Shown here piece after piece: positions 23,467 to 37,662 of a stretch of 64,000 nucleotides of DNA; the stretch's first letter is position 1, and each line of letters begins with the position of its first letter. A model generated the notes under the pieces. It was given only the letters and a program-made list of their open reading frames with translations, searched no databases and had not been told where the DNA came from. Source of the DNA: Vicugna vicugna (Eukaryota); the NCBI GenBank assembly GCA_013265495.1, contig MU058451.1, positions 1,258,584 to 1,322,583 on the forward strand, written 5' to 3'. The position numbers and the translations under genes are program-made.

Positions 23467-23614
23467 GTGAGTCTTTCTCCTGCCTTCTCTCCTTTATTTG
23501 TCTCTGTAATATATTCATTCTTCATAATCAAACATAATGATAACCAGTGGGTTTTCTACACATGGGTATGGAGATTTCTGAGGACAAATTGGAATTAAGA
23601 TTCCAACTTTGGGG

Positions 23615-23820
23615 TTCTAAGAACTGGAGTTTGAATCCCAGATCCATCCATTACAAAACATGTGCCTTTTCAAATTTAAAAATGTTTTTGGATGTCAGTT
23701 ATCTCAGCTGTAAAATGGGAATAATAATAGCGATTTCTTCACATGGTTGCACTGAGATGATTCATGTGAAGGAACGATATTAGCTCAGGACAAATGTGAA
23801 ATACATGGTAGCTACGATGG
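23615..23820 (+). mobile_element. MIR SINE
   Basis: gagtttgaatcccagatcc ... cagttatctcagctgtaaaatgggaataataatag. Confidence 0.75.
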
Positions 23821-23844
23821 GGGTGGTAACAATGCTGAGCACTC

Positions 23845-24010
23845 TAGAGGTGCTTTTACACTTTAATTGCACATGAACCATCTGGGGGAGGGGTAGTTAG
23901 AATGGATTCTGATTCAGTCGGGCTGGTGATGGGTCTGAGAGGCTCTCTACCCAGGACCTGCCCAGATGCCCATGCTGCTGGTCCATGAACCACACTTTGA
24001 ATAGCAAAGA
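23845..24010. mobile_element. MER5A-like hAT-Charlie MITE
   Basis: gattctgattcagt...gggtctgaga...gctgctggtccatgaaccacactttgaatagcaa. Confidence 0.85.
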
Positions 24011-25259
24011 CCTCTTTCTCTTTCCGGAGGCAATCTGGTCTGTTTTCTGATTCATTATCACCCATTTTTACTTTGCCTCCCAAATCTTGACTATGTGATG
24101 CAAATTAGTTAGGTTTTATTTTTCAAGAGGCCAAAACAACCAGGATAGAAGTCAAGTTTTTAATCACCCAGGTGTTTGTTCTACACCATGCCAAACTTGG
24201 ATGTCACAGAGAGCCAGTATCTGAATTTCGGACTATTAATTCTTAAATCTTTGAATCATATATTTTTCTTCTCACATAAGGACAGACCAAGTACTTAGAC
24301 ATCTCCCCCCTATTGATCTGGCCTACGGATGTTTATTTTAATTGCTCACAGGTCAAGGCTTATAGTTTGCGTTTCATACCCTCTGTACCTTCACCCACAA
24401 GCCAGGATTTCAAAAAGGTTCTGAGCCAAGTCTGACTCCTTTCCCTCTACTTCAATCAGAAATGCATCAATCCTGTTGTCCTCTGACTGTCCTACAGGCC
24501 TTTGTGCTGGACCCAACCATCCCCAACAGGTGGACCAAAGAAAGCAGAGGGTAAATCCCTTCTGCCTGTTGATCAGGCTCATCCATCTCCTCCTCCCTTC
24601 TCTCTGGTGGTGCCCCTTCTCTAGCTCCCCTATTCGTGCTCTTGCCTTCCTTGACCACATCTCTGATTTAAAAACCTAGTTTTCTATTTATCGTCATGGA
24701 CTCTAAACCTTCCTTAGCCTCCCTCTCGACCTGTGACTTCTCAAACAGTGGAATTAGCTCCGCAGAGCTTTGAGCTCTGATACCAGCTGCAGACAACTAC
24801 CCTGTTATGTCTTGATCCTCACACTTGTCTAGCCAGTGTTACTAGAAGGCCTGCACCACAGTAGACCAACTGTTGGGGACCCACAGGGGTCTAGAATGTT
24901 TTTTCTCTATGAAGTTATCACCTGATTTTCAGCAGTTGTGGGTGGTCAGACACAGAGCCACAAACCCTACCCCAGTTCCTCCGCCATTTAGTATTGTAAA
25001 TTACATCAGGGAAGGCATCCCTTCCCTTTTGGAGTCTGGAGCTGATGGATTGGTGAAGTTGAATGAATTGACACTGAGGGAACATTGTCTCATCCAATGT
25101 TTAGAGGCAGTACAGCATCGTCAATGAAAAGAGAAGGGGCTCCAGCATCAGATCAGAATTTGAAATTCAGCCGCATTCCTTACCAGCTATGAGAACTTGT
25201 GCAAGTTATTATATATACACATATGTGTGTGTGTTTGTATATATACATATATATATCTT

Positions 25260-28200
25260 TTTAAAAGAAAATATTCTTATAATAGAAAAAAATTTTAATG
25301 TATATTAAGTAACAGAACAAACCCTGAAATACTTGCGTACTCATAACTGCGCTTCAGCAATTGTCAGTTCATGGCCAATCTTGTTTCATCTCTAACTTCA
25401 CCCTTTCTTCTCCCTGTATTTGTTAGAAGCAAATCCCAGGCATTGTATGAGTGCATCAGTAAATATTTCGGTATATACATCTCTAAAAGACAAGACCTCT
25501 TTAAAATAAAAACTAATCATAGTGTCTTGCTAATAAAAGTTAAGACTCCTCAATGTGATCAATATCCAGTAAATGCTCACATTTCTAATTATCTCATGAT
25601 TTTTTAAAATGTATTTTGAATGAGGATCCACATAAGATCCATACATTATGACTGGTCAAAATGTCTAAGATCTCTTGTAATTTATCTTTTTCCTCCATCA
25701 CATTTCTTCCCTTAAATTTATCCGACTGGATTATCTGTCCTGTAAGGTTTTCCATCATCTGAATTTTAATTAGTGCAGAACTGTGCTATCATTCAACAGG
25801 TTGCTTTATCTAATTTCCTGTAAACTGGTATTTGGATCCAGAGGCTTGAAAAGTTTCAAGTTTTTTTTTTTTAATGTGTGTGGTTTTTGGTTGTTTTATT
25901 TTGGTTTTTGTTTTTTTTGTGTGTTTTTTTGGTGAGAGGACTTCATAAGTAGTGTTATGTTCTTCCATCAACAGGCACATAATTTCTGGTTCTCTTTTTT
26001 GTGATATTAACAGCCATCATTGATCCACTAATCCATTAGTGGCTGCAAAATGGTGATATTTGAAACCTGTCATTCCTCTCATTTATCAGCTAGAATATCT
26101 CTATTAGGAGAAACTTACCCTCATCTGCTATTGGGTTATCCAAAGGTGTAGTCTGCATGGAAAGGCCAGTTTTCAAAATAAAGAGTTGATATTTGAGCAT
26201 CATTCAACAATGACCAATAAGTTTATCTTTATGAACTTATATATATAAATGTGTCCAAAATGCTTGAATCTGATTGCAATTATTACCCTTATCTATCCTA
26301 ATACATTTTTGACCAGTGAGTGACTCTTTGAGTTGATTCCTATGTTCTTTGACATGATTTAAGTCTTCTTTTATAGCTTCATTGCAATGTAGCATGATAA
26401 ACTGATTCAGATTCATAATGTATATTTCTTTCTAAAACCTGGAAATCATTGCAATCTTCACTGAATCTCCCTGGTAGCGGGAAACTGTATTTGGAAATTA
26501 TAATTTGGGCACGAAGAGTATTCATTGTTACTAATCATTATTTCTGGGTCTTTTTAGCAAACACATCTAGGAAAATTTTTGTCTTAAGTAGAATTCATCA
26601 TAAGTTTAAATAATTCCAATCCAAATTGAGGACTGGCAGGATTTATTTTAACCTTTTGATCTCAAGTCTGAATCTCCTTTACCCCATGCTCAGAATTTGA
26701 GTTCTAGTGACACAGACTGATAGAATTAAAATATCATATACTTCTCATTTTCTGTCTCCCGTAATACACACAAAATCATTCAAAATAACAAAAAAAATTA
26801 ATACCAACCATATGATTAATGAAAATAGTATAAGATTTTTTTCTTGCAGTTTCAAAAATTTTTCTTCCAAGATATATTGTATTAAAGATTATAATCAAAT
26901 AACTGTTTTTTAGCCACTTTGAACTTCTGGGTGGTTGTGCTACCAACTAATTCACCCCATTTTTATTTTATGGACATTTTTACTTTAAATTTTTAAGATT
27001 ATGTAAAATATTTACACAGTCTAAGTCAAACCTATAAAATAAATCTTGTTTCAATCCTTGACTGTGTCTCCTTATTTCCCCCCTCCCCCTTTATGCAACC
27101 ACTCTTTTCATTTTATGTCTTCTTTCCTGTATTAATTTTCTATTTCTGCCATAAAAATTACCATAAACTTTGTGGCTTTAAAACAATACAAATTTGGTTT
27201 CTATAGTTGAGTAGGTTGGAAGTCTGACACAGCTTTCACTGGGAAAAATTGATCCTTCAGAGGGCTGTGTGCCTTTCTGAAGTCTCTGTGGTAAAACCCA
27301 ACTCCTTACTTTTTGCAGGGAGCCATCCATGCTCCTTGCCCAGTGGCCTCTTTCCTCCATCTTCAAAGTCAGCAATCTTGCATCTCTTTGACCATTCTTC
27401 TGTAGCCACATCTCCTTCTAACTCTCCTTTCCTGCCTCCATCTTGATCCTTGGGATACTCTGGGCCCACCTCAATAACCCAGGACAATCTCCCAACTGAA
27501 GGTCCTTAATTTAACCATATCTGAAAAGTTCCTTTTGCCATGTAAGGTAACATATTTCGAGTTCCAGGGATTAAGACCTTGACATCATTGGGGAAACCAT
27601 TATTTGGCCTGTCACAGCTCTCCAACTTCTTAGATGAGTAGGTGCATGCTACACACATTTTCTCCATCTTGCTCTTTGCATTTAACAGCACATCCACTCC
27701 AGAGTAGTGTATAGATATATCTCCCACTTCTTCACTCTTTACAGCTACATAGCATTCTAATATGAGCATAAATCTTGATGTGTCCAACCAGACCCCTGTT
27801 AATGTACATTTGATTTTGTTTCTAGTTTATACTATTATGAATATCCTATGATAAATGGCCCTGTGAATTTATCTTTTTGTATTCTTACACTGTGCCCGTG
27901 GAATAGATTCCTAAAAGTGGGTTTGCTCAAAGAGTAAAATAAGTGTGTATTTTTTTCTAGAGACTGCAAGTTTCTTGACAAATGGCTATGTCATTTGCAT
28001 CCACACCACAAACATATGGGAGTGCTATTACATTTGAATATGTTGCCAAACTTTTGTATTTTTGCCAACCTCAGTATACTTTTAATTTCCATTTCTCTTA
28101 TGGGTTATTTGTGTCTATTTTCATATGGCTAAGGAACAATTTGAAGTTCATGTTCTGTGTGTTCTATGTTTGCATTTCCTACCTATTTTTCTATAAGGTT

Positions 28201-28555
28201 TTCCATCTCCTTTTCCTCCCTTTTTGAAAGCTCTTTATAAATTAGGATGGTCCCTGTTCTGGATTATAACTTGTAAGTATTTTTCCAAGTTTGATTTGGT
28301 ACTTTCACTTTTCACATTTTATCTTTTGCTAGGCAACAATTTTTATTTTATGTGATTAAATTTATCTGTATTTTTCCTTTATTTCTTCTGGATTTTGAAT
28401 CACTTCAGAGCATAAATGAATTCACTTTTTCTTCTAATGTTTTTATAGTTTAATTTTTATATTTAAATATCTGAAACATGTGGAATTTATCCTAGTGTAG
28501 AGTGTGAGAAATGGATTCACATCTACTTTTCCATATGCTCTCTAGTTACTCCATT
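25260..28555 (-). mobile_element. Old L1 (L1MC/ME-like) 3' region, interrupted by an MLT1 LTR
   Basis: long degenerate T-rich antisense L1-like sequence. Confidence 0.65.
27128..27616. mobile_element. MaLR LTR (MLT1C/D-like) nested in L1
   Basis: tgtattaattttct...tggctttaaaacaataca...gggcccacc...cttttgccatgtaaggtaacatatt. Confidence 0.85.
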
Positions 28556-28559
28556 TGGA

Positions 28560-28720
28560 AATTCTTTACCTTTTCTGTGCCTCAGTTTTCTCAGCTATAA
28601 AATCAGTATGCTAATAGCACTTACTTCAGAGTTTAAATGAACTAATGCATATGTATCACTTAGCATGACGCCTGGCACGTGGTGAAAGCTTAATAAATGT
28701 TATCTATGATGATGATGATG
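28560..28720 (+). mobile_element. MIR SINE
   Basis: ctgtgcctcagttttctcagctataaaat...gcctggcacgtggtgaaagcttaataaatgtta. Confidence 0.8.
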
Positions 28721-31700
28721 TTGACATAGAAAATAATTCAGTGGTTCTAGTCCCTTATTTGTGCCCAAGGTCAAGTCACCCTTGATAATTAGCATAATCT
28801 TAATTTTTTAGTCTGGTGGAATGCTGTGTTTTGGTCTTATTTTTGAGATTCAGTAACTAGTCCTTTTGCCTGATTTGCTAACCTGGATACTCTTCCTTGA
28901 TTTCCAGGCTAGCCCCTGGCTGAGTTTCCTACCTTCCTCCTAGGACAAGACCCCTCCCTGTCTTACTGTTTCCAGGACCTTTCTGTGAATTCATCAACTT
29001 CATGAACTGATTCTTCTGATGCTGACTACTCATCTGGATTTCTGATACTGGCTCCTCCCTCCATCATCTTGTTGGGATTCTGTCTAATTCCTGGGAAATC
29101 CAAATAACATGTGTGAAAACTGCTGACTTTTGCTCACCTGGACATTGGCTACCCTTGCCTTGGAGACCAGGTTTTGCTTACCAAACTCCTCTCTGATGAA
29201 CATGTAACTGATTCAGAGTCTCCTCTCCTCTCATCATGGCACCAGGAGTGGGGAGGTGGGGTGGAGTTTAGGTGTGTTGAGGTGGCTTAGCCAGTAACAG
29301 GGCATGTGGTTAGAACAGGGATTGTGTTCCAACAAGGTGAGCCTAAGGTGGGAGGGATTATACTCTGGGTAAAGGATCCTTACTCGTGGGTAAAGGATCT
29401 GAAACCAAAGGGTTAAGACAAACTAAGCCCTGTAGAAGAAAACAAAAGCCAGGATATAGGGCTGCAAGGTCAAGAGTTCAAAGTTTGCAAGAAGATGCAA
29501 TTGTTTCTAATATCCAAATTATACGATGTGTGGCTGCACCCTGCTGGCTCCAAGGACCAGGATAGAGAGAACAGTTTCCGTAACGTCTGTCTTACCTGAT
29601 GACTAGGCTTGGTTACAAACGTATTCCTTGTCCGTATGCCCTTCAATTTATATTGAATTCCTGATTGTGTCACAAGACAGGACGAACCATGTGTTTTCCG
29701 TTGATAAGTAATATCCAGCTTCATTAGACAAAGTTATGTCTTGAGTGAAGTACACATTTACGTATCATCAGAGTCATCAGCTGCCACTGCAGTGTGATTT
29801 GAGGATTCCTTGAAGACTTCCTAACTTAAAACACCTCTTCCTTACACAACTTTTTTCCAGATGCTTTACTCGCTCATGTCTATTTGCGACGTATACCTCC
29901 TACTTGAATGACGACACCTCCATCTCTGCCTTCCCCACTTTCATTGTCTTGATTGCTGCCAGAACAACACTGAAGACATTAAAGATATGATTAATCCACT
30001 CTCCTAATTTAAAGCCCAATGAATGGTTCCCTCTGCTTTCAGAATTCTTCAGCCTGATGTTACAGAAATACATTTACACTCAATGCTCAGATGAGGTGCC
30101 ACATTTATTTATTTTTAAAATCAGCTCACACCAATATGAACCCCCACTGATTGAGGTTGTTAGTCCAGTGTCTGTAATTTTTCACACTTTGTGGGTGGTG
30201 CCTCCAACTTTGCATTGTAGTAAAATTCTAAAACTTAAACAGTTTAGGTTACTTGGAGGAAGAAGCCTCTGAGCATCACCAGGCATCCTGGTCATGCTGA
30301 AGACACTCCTTGTCTAGGTCTTCATGGTCCATTCAGGAGCTGGTGCTCATTGGCTCCATATCAAGTTTGACCTCTAGGGTATTTGACGGGGCCTTGGAGC
30401 TTGGACCCAGACTCCACATGGACTGGTGCATCCACTCCTACAGGAAGTCTGACCTCTCTTGCTTCTACTTGCCTTGTGTCTGGAAAGTCCACAGTTGCTA
30501 TTAACCCTGAAGTCACGGAGTCAGGATCTGAAGTGTGTGTGCGTCTGTGTGTGTCACCTGAATGCCAAGATTACTAATATCTTCACATAGAGCCCAGAGT
30601 TGCAGAATCAACAACACATTCTTTAGAGAGGGGGGCAAATTACCTTTTCATATTTTATGAGAGTTTATTCTAGCAAAAAACAGAAATAAAAAACCCAAAA
30701 CACAGAAGTGATTAAATCAAAGTACAGAGTATTATACTTACTTATTAATAATTGATACTTCATCCAACCTAACATACTATTGATTATGAGATACATCATT
30801 ACTCTATGTACTACTCTGAAAGAAAAAATGCCAATTAAACCGTGGCGTAATGCTTTTTATCACTTAGAATTCTTAATTTATATTTATTGAAAGAATGTTG
30901 TCAGATTTACTTCTCAAATACCAAGGGTAAGCCCCGCTACTCTGTTTCTGTGCCTTTCTGCATAAACAAAAACCCTTTTTGCTTCAAAGCTGATGAATTA
31001 AGTGTAGTTTTTAAAAGAAATTTTAATGGCATGAACCCAACATGTTGTACATTAACTCAGCTGAAACCTGGAACAGCCATGACGTGCCAGCAAATAACAA
31101 CAACCTCCCAAATGACAGTTACTGAAAGAGACCATCATGTGAAGGAGGCATCTCAGTCTCAGGGATGTTAAAATGTGAAAGCACGTGCATCTTGTAATTA
31201 CTGGAATACAATACAGCTCTATACGTCTGTGTCTGCCTCTACAGCTTATCTTTCACCATCTGCTCCCTCGCACCCCTGTGCCTCACAGCCACACCAAAGC
31301 GCTGACAGTACTCTGCATATTACAAGTTATTTTATGCCCCCACGCCTTTCCACCTACAGTGCCCACTTTCTGGAAGTTCCTCATCCTTCCTGTTGGCTGT
31401 AAGCTCAACTCATACTCATCTCTCCAGCCAGAGCTCTCGTGTTTCTTCACTTGAGAAAACATCTCTTCCCCTCAAGCATAGCTCCCTCCCTCATGCTCAC
31501 CCAAGCCTGGTATGTGTTTCTGTTCCCGCACGAACACAGAGGTTGGGAATTTCCTCTGCTCCACCGGAACTCCTGAAGAGCAGGAGTTTTCTTGTTTGAA
31601 TTTTGATTCCCTGATGTCTTGCGTGGTATTTATATACGACAGACTCTAAACCAATCTTCAATAAATGATTGGATAGTTTGTCAGATAGGTTTTCAGTCCA

Positions 31701-33104
31701 GAACAGGTTGTCAGGGACAGTAAAATGTGACGAAGACAAGGACAGAGGCAGATTCTGTGTAATAAGAATCACAAGAGGCTAAAGCTGGATCCTCAAACAA
31801 ATATTTTAACTTGTACAAGATTTATATGAGCCAATAGCACGTTCTTAGGTCTATTTTCAGCAAAACCGCTTTTACTAGCTAAGCAATTACCATTCCTGGC
31901 ATACTTAGTGGCCGGCGTTAGGAGAAAAAAGAGGTTACAGTGTTGAGTGAGATCTTATCAGTTAAGATCGTCTGTTAAGCACAGTGTGTTCATAATTCTG
32001 ATTTGCATGCACGGTTTAATATCAGCTTCATTCATCTTATCAAGCTATTTTTCTTGACCTCCTGCTTGTTGTAAAAGAATTCTAAATGAACGACGTGGTT
32101 TTGCACCCAAAAAAATGATGTTCTTTCAGATGTAAGGCATGTGTTTCAAAGACACTTTGCTGTTCAAAAAAGAGTCATATCAAAAAGGCTTGAGCAATAT
32201 AAATGTGAAAGATCTCTAGTTTATAATTAACATCCTGCATTCTGTTATGAAAATCAACTGATAGGCCAGTATTTATTTAAAATGTCCATTGACTGTGTTT
32301 TATTCTCTTCTGAAGGATCGAAGATACTCATCAGAGATCTACTGTCAAGTGTGGGTGTCTCTTAAATAGAAATTGCATAGTACAGACCTCATCCAAAGTA
32401 GCTGTTTGGATGAGACAAACTGAGTACAGAAGAGCTGACATTTCTAAGCTGTTCTGATCTGTTGTGTGTACTAAATATGACAAGCTTAAGTAGATCCAAA
32501 GTGGATAATATTTTTAATCTTCCAGCTATTTATACAGTAACTTTACAGTCTGTGTTTCAGTTTCAAGCAGAAAATAATATACAATATAGATGTAATTTAT
32601 ATTTATCACCAAAAAAATCATATACACTATACCATTTCATTATATTTAGTATATGGGGAAAAAATTGAAATAGCTTTTTGAGAGCAGTTGGTAAGTATTT
32701 GTGTGCCAAGGATGAATCAATGTTTATTATACAACCATTTTACTTTTATGGTTTCTTAATTTTAGGGGTGGTTAATTATACAGAAACTTAAGTTGTCTGT
32801 ATCTATAAAGTTATTCATAAGTGGGCAATAAACATTTTATCTGTCTCCTACTCTCTTATAGATATAGTTGAGTTGAATCTAAGAGAAGTAAATTTAATAT
32901 ATGACACCTAAGAAGTGGGAGAAATCTGCCGTGATTTACTAACTTTTAAATATTGTGTACCAATTCCACACAAAAAAAATCAGTTAATACAGGATCGCTG
33001 ATATTGAAAGTCTGGTTTAGAGCCTCCGTGTAGAAATGTCACTTACAATGAAAATATGAACATAAATCTCTTAGATTTTGTAATTTAAAAATGCAAGTAA
33101 TATA

Positions 33105-34319
33105 CTAGTTCTATTTTCAGTTTTTCAGGGAACTTCCATACTATTTTCCACATTGCTCAAATTTACATTCCCACCAACAGTGTACGAGGGTTCCCTTTTC
33201 TCCACGTTCTTGCCAACAATTGTTATTTGTGTTCTTTTTTGTTGTTGTTGTTGGCCTTTCTTTCTTTCTTTCTTTTATTGTCAGTTACAATGTGTCAATT
33301 TCTGGTGTACAGCAAAATGTTTCAGTCATATACCTACGTATGTATAATTGTTTTCATATTCTTTGTTGGCCATTCTTTTTTTTTAACATTTTTTACTGAT
33401 TTGTAATCATTTTACAGTGTTGTGTCAGATTTGTGTTCTTTCTGACGATAGCTGTTCTGACAGGTGTGAGATGATGTCTCACTGTGCTTTTAATTTGCAT
33501 TTTCCTGATTAACAATGTTAAGCATCTTTACACGTGCCTGTTATCCATCTGCATTTTCTCTTTGGAAAATTCAATTCTTCTGCCCATTTTTAATCGGGTT
33601 ATTTCTTTGATGTTGGTGGTACTAGCTGTTTATATATGTTGGATATTAATCCCTTATCGGTCATATCATTTACAAACATTTTCTCCCACTCAGTAGGTTG
33701 TCTTTTCATTTTGTTTACGGTTTCTTTTGCCGTGCAAAAGCTTTTAGGTTTAATTAGGTCCCGTATGCTGTTGCTGTTGTTTCCTTTAGGTGATGGACCC
33801 AAAAATTACTGCTCTGATTTATGTCAAAGAGTGTTCTGCATATGTTTTCCTCTAAGAGTTTTATAGTATCCAGTCTTATGTTTAGGTCTTTAATCCATTT
33901 TGAGTTTATTTTTGTATACAATGTTAGAGAATGTTCTTTCTTTTACACAAAGTTGTCCAGTTTTCCCACACCACTTATTGAAGAAACTGTCATTTCTCCA
34001 TTGTATATTCTTGCTTCCTTTGTCATAGATTAATTGACCATAAGTGCATGGGTTTATTTCTGGGCTCTCTGACCTGTTCCATTGATCTGTGTGTCTTTTT
34101 CTGTGCCAGTACCATACTCTTTTGATTAGTATACCTCTGTAGTGTTGTCTGAAGTCAGCTCTGTTCTTCTTCCTCAAGATTGTTTTAACTATTGAGAGTC
34201 TTTTGTGTTTCTGTACAAATTTTTAAATTATTTGTTCTGGTTCTGTGAAAAATGCCATTGGTATTTTGATAGGGATTTCATTGACTGTAGATTGCCTTGG
34301 GTAGTATGGTCATTTTAAT
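33105..34319 (-). mobile_element. Inverted 5' segment of a twin-primed L1 (ORF2 RT/C-terminal region)
   Basis: minus-strand peptides [22 protein letters not shown] and WYWHRKRHTDQWNR...YGQLIYDKG. Confidence 0.92.
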
Positions 34320-34912
34320 CATATGACCCAGCAATTCTACTCCTGGGTATATATATAAAAAAAACCCCACTAATTCAAGAAGATACATGCACCCCAATGT
34401 TCCTAGCAGCATTATTTACAATAGCCAGGATATGGAAGCAACCTGTGTCCATCAAGAATGAGTGGATGAAGAAGATGTGGTATACACACACACACACACA
34501 CACCATGGAATACTTCTCAGCCATAAAAAAGAATGAAATTTTGCCATTTGCAGCAACATGGATGAACTTAGAGGGCATTATGCTAAGTGAAATAAGTCAG
34601 AGAAAGGCAAATACTGCATGATATCATTTATATGTGGAATCTAAAAAATACAATAAGCTAGTGAATATAACAAAAAAACAGATTCACAGATATAGAAAAC
34701 AAACTAGTAGTTACCAGTGGAGAGTGGGGAGGCACAATAGAGGGGTGAGGGAGTGGGAGGTATAAACTACTGGGTGTAAGGTAGGCTACAGGGGGTACTG
34801 TACAACATGAGGAATATAGCCAATATTTCATAATAATTGTAAATGGAGTGTGATCTTTAAAAATTTTTAAAATATTAAATTTTTGTATAAGAATAAAAAA
34901 TAAAATTAAAAA
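34320..34912 (+). mobile_element. Sense 3' segment of the same L1, with A-rich tail
   Basis: catatgacccagcaattctactcctggg...; peptide MFLAALFTIARIWKQP; aataaaaaataaaattaaaaaa tail. Confidence 0.92.
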
Positions 34913-34919
34913 ATATAAT

Positions 34920-36060
34920 TTTACTTAAATCCAGAACTGATAAAAGATGAGAATTTTCAGATTCAGAAAGGATAATAATCCAAATAAAATAAATAAAAAT
35001 TATTCTACACCACATACATTGTAGTGAAATATAATACTAAAAACATAATTTAAAGGATTAAAAGAAGCAACCAAAACAAAAAGATAGTTAAATTAACAGC
35101 TGTTTTTTCATTGGTAACAATAAAAGTGAGAACAATGGAATATCTTTCAAGTGCTAAAAGAATATAACTGTCAATATAGAATTTTATAGTCAGTAAAATT
35201 ATCTTTGAATAACAAGTGTAAAATCAAATCATTATCAGAGAAACAAAAGCTTGGAGTATTTACCACTTTGACACTATCCTAAAAGAACTTCTAAATTATC
35301 TATTTCAGGCCAAAGGACAATGATCCCAAAGCAAGGCCAGAGATTCAAGAAAAACTGGTAGACAAAGAAAATGGCAAAGATGTGTGTAAATCTGAAAAGA
35401 ACACTGACTCTATAACACAATAAAAATAATGTTTAGCCTGGAAAGTTAAGCAATGAGAGAAAACAAAAAGATTTATATGATAACGTGTGCTGGGATGTGG
35501 GTGGGTGATCAGCTGACCCATTCTAAAATCCTTGTATGATCTGATAGGAAGTTAAAGGTTTTGATTAATTTTATATTTCAGTAAATGTTCATGTTAGAAT
35601 TTTAAGAGTAACCATAACCCCTGGAAAAAAATTGTAATAGACTGTGGAAGTTTCATGCTATTATACAGAAAATGTAGAATAAAAAAATTGAAAACTCAAT
35701 CTACATCAGAGAAGATAAAAATAAGACTGCAGTAGAAACAAATTTAAATGTACCAGGAATCACAACATATTATTTTGAGATCTGCATGCATATTATAAAA
35801 CGATGATAAGAGCAAAGGAATGATAGACCAAAATTTCATGATAATATTTCCTTCGGAGTGGCAACGTTGAAAGCTGTCATAAAAAAGTACAACAAAGAGT
35901 TTCAAGTGCATCGGCAAAATTCTATTTCTTAAGCTGGGTGGTGCATACACAGATGTTTCTCTGTCTCTTTATCTCTCTCTCTCTCATTCTATATATCCAT
36001 ATGCATATGCGTATTACATTTATTTTCATGTGTTTTAAAATAGTTCACAATAAATTTCAA
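34920..36060 (+). mobile_element. Old L1 (L1ME-like) fragments
   Basis: degenerate A-rich ORF1-end and 3'UTR-like sequence. Confidence 0.55.
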
Positions 36061-36617
36061 AAGAAAAAACTACAAATTGTAGAAGATTCAGAGAAATGTG
36101 ATTATGGCAGCATTACTAGTGCATAGAAATCTTATTTTATGAGGAAAGCATTCAGAAGTATAGTTTTAAACTACTCTTTTCAGTTCTAAATGAAGTTATT
36201 AGACTTGGCAAGCTTTGTCTGTTTAGAGATGCTGCTTTGGATCTTTCTTGGCTCCTCTTCCAGTGTTTACTTCTACTTACTGTGGAGAATTTATTCTATA
36301 CATCCAATGAGATCATCACCTTAAGGCACCTTATAACTTTTTACACTTTGTAAGAAAAGCAGCTGAAATATTGTTCATTATTATTTCCAATCAAATCAGT
36401 GGGATTTATTCCAGCCTCTGAGCTGGAGCTCTCCAGGCCTCTGTTGTCAGGGATAAGTATAATTGAGACCTAACCTAAGCAGGCAACTCTGGTTTCCATT
36501 TAAACACATCTCTTCCCTTGCAGAGAGGCAGAAGTGTCCACTTGAACATGCTTTGAACTCTTTTTGTCTTTTGTTTCTGCTCTTCCCACTACCTGCTTGA
36601 TTTCACCCTCCCCCAAG

Positions 36618-36755
36618 ACAAGTACAATTCGAGGTCCTTGCTGAGGATGGGGGTTCTCATTGATGGAGTAACCCTTCTTGCCCTACCTTGGCCACCAAGT
36701 GTACAGCCAGTGTCTCTAAGGTGAAACCCCGGAGGAGAAATGGTAGCAGCAGCAT
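36618..36755 (+). ncRNA. Candidate plus-strand non-coding exon
   Basis: long polypyrimidine tract ending ccccaag|, donor cat|gtgagt; stops in all frames. Confidence 0.4.
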
Positions 36756-37662
36756 GTGAGTTACAGAAACAGAACCTAAAACTACAAGGCTGGGGTCCAG
36801 CCACAAATGACATGCCAGTGTTGTAATGCTGCCCATGACATCACATGAAACTCGGTGAGGTTCATTTCTCTGAGCAATGACTACTTTGAAATAGTCTGAA
36901 AAAGGTAACATTGTCTATATTTTTAGGAAAAACTAGATTTTCTTGGTAATGCATTCCAATGCCTCACAATGTATAGTGGACAGTCAGATTGGGAGTGGGA
37001 ATCAGGGCAGCCATGCATAAGCTGTGGACATGACTTGTCTAAGGTCAGTTTCCTCACCTGTAACATGGGCCAGAGAGAGGATCTGTTAGTAGCACTGCTC
37101 ACGTAGAGCTACACCACCCTACGTGATAGTACTCCATTATACAACACTTGAGAGGATTAAAAACCACAGTGCAAGCAGAGTTATCAACAAATATTAGCTA
37201 CTCTCATTACTGATCTCTCAGAGCAGTGCTTTCAAGCTTAAAAAAATGTAAAGATCCATTTTAAAGGAAAACAATTCTAACAGGCTCCAAGTTTTTATTC
37301 ATATGATTTTAATACTTCTCAAATATGAATGAAAAGAAAACATAAACCCTGTATTTCTATAACCATTACACATCTATAAACAAGGATGTGTTTATAAATT
37401 AAGCTCAAACCCAAGAAACCAATAAAATTCAAATTAATAAATTAGTTTAATGCTTTGTTGCAAATGATACTAGGTGCCAGCACAAATTCTTTTGACATCT
37501 TCTGAGTTTGGCCTTCCTAAATTACTACGTGCTATGTGATACTTCCATTTTTCCAGTATTTAAAGTCTCTCTGAATTATTTCACCTGAATTATTTCAAAA
37601 CCACGTGTCTGAACACCTTATTGACATACAAAGCTCTCCTCTTTTTTTTTTTTTCCGGTTAG

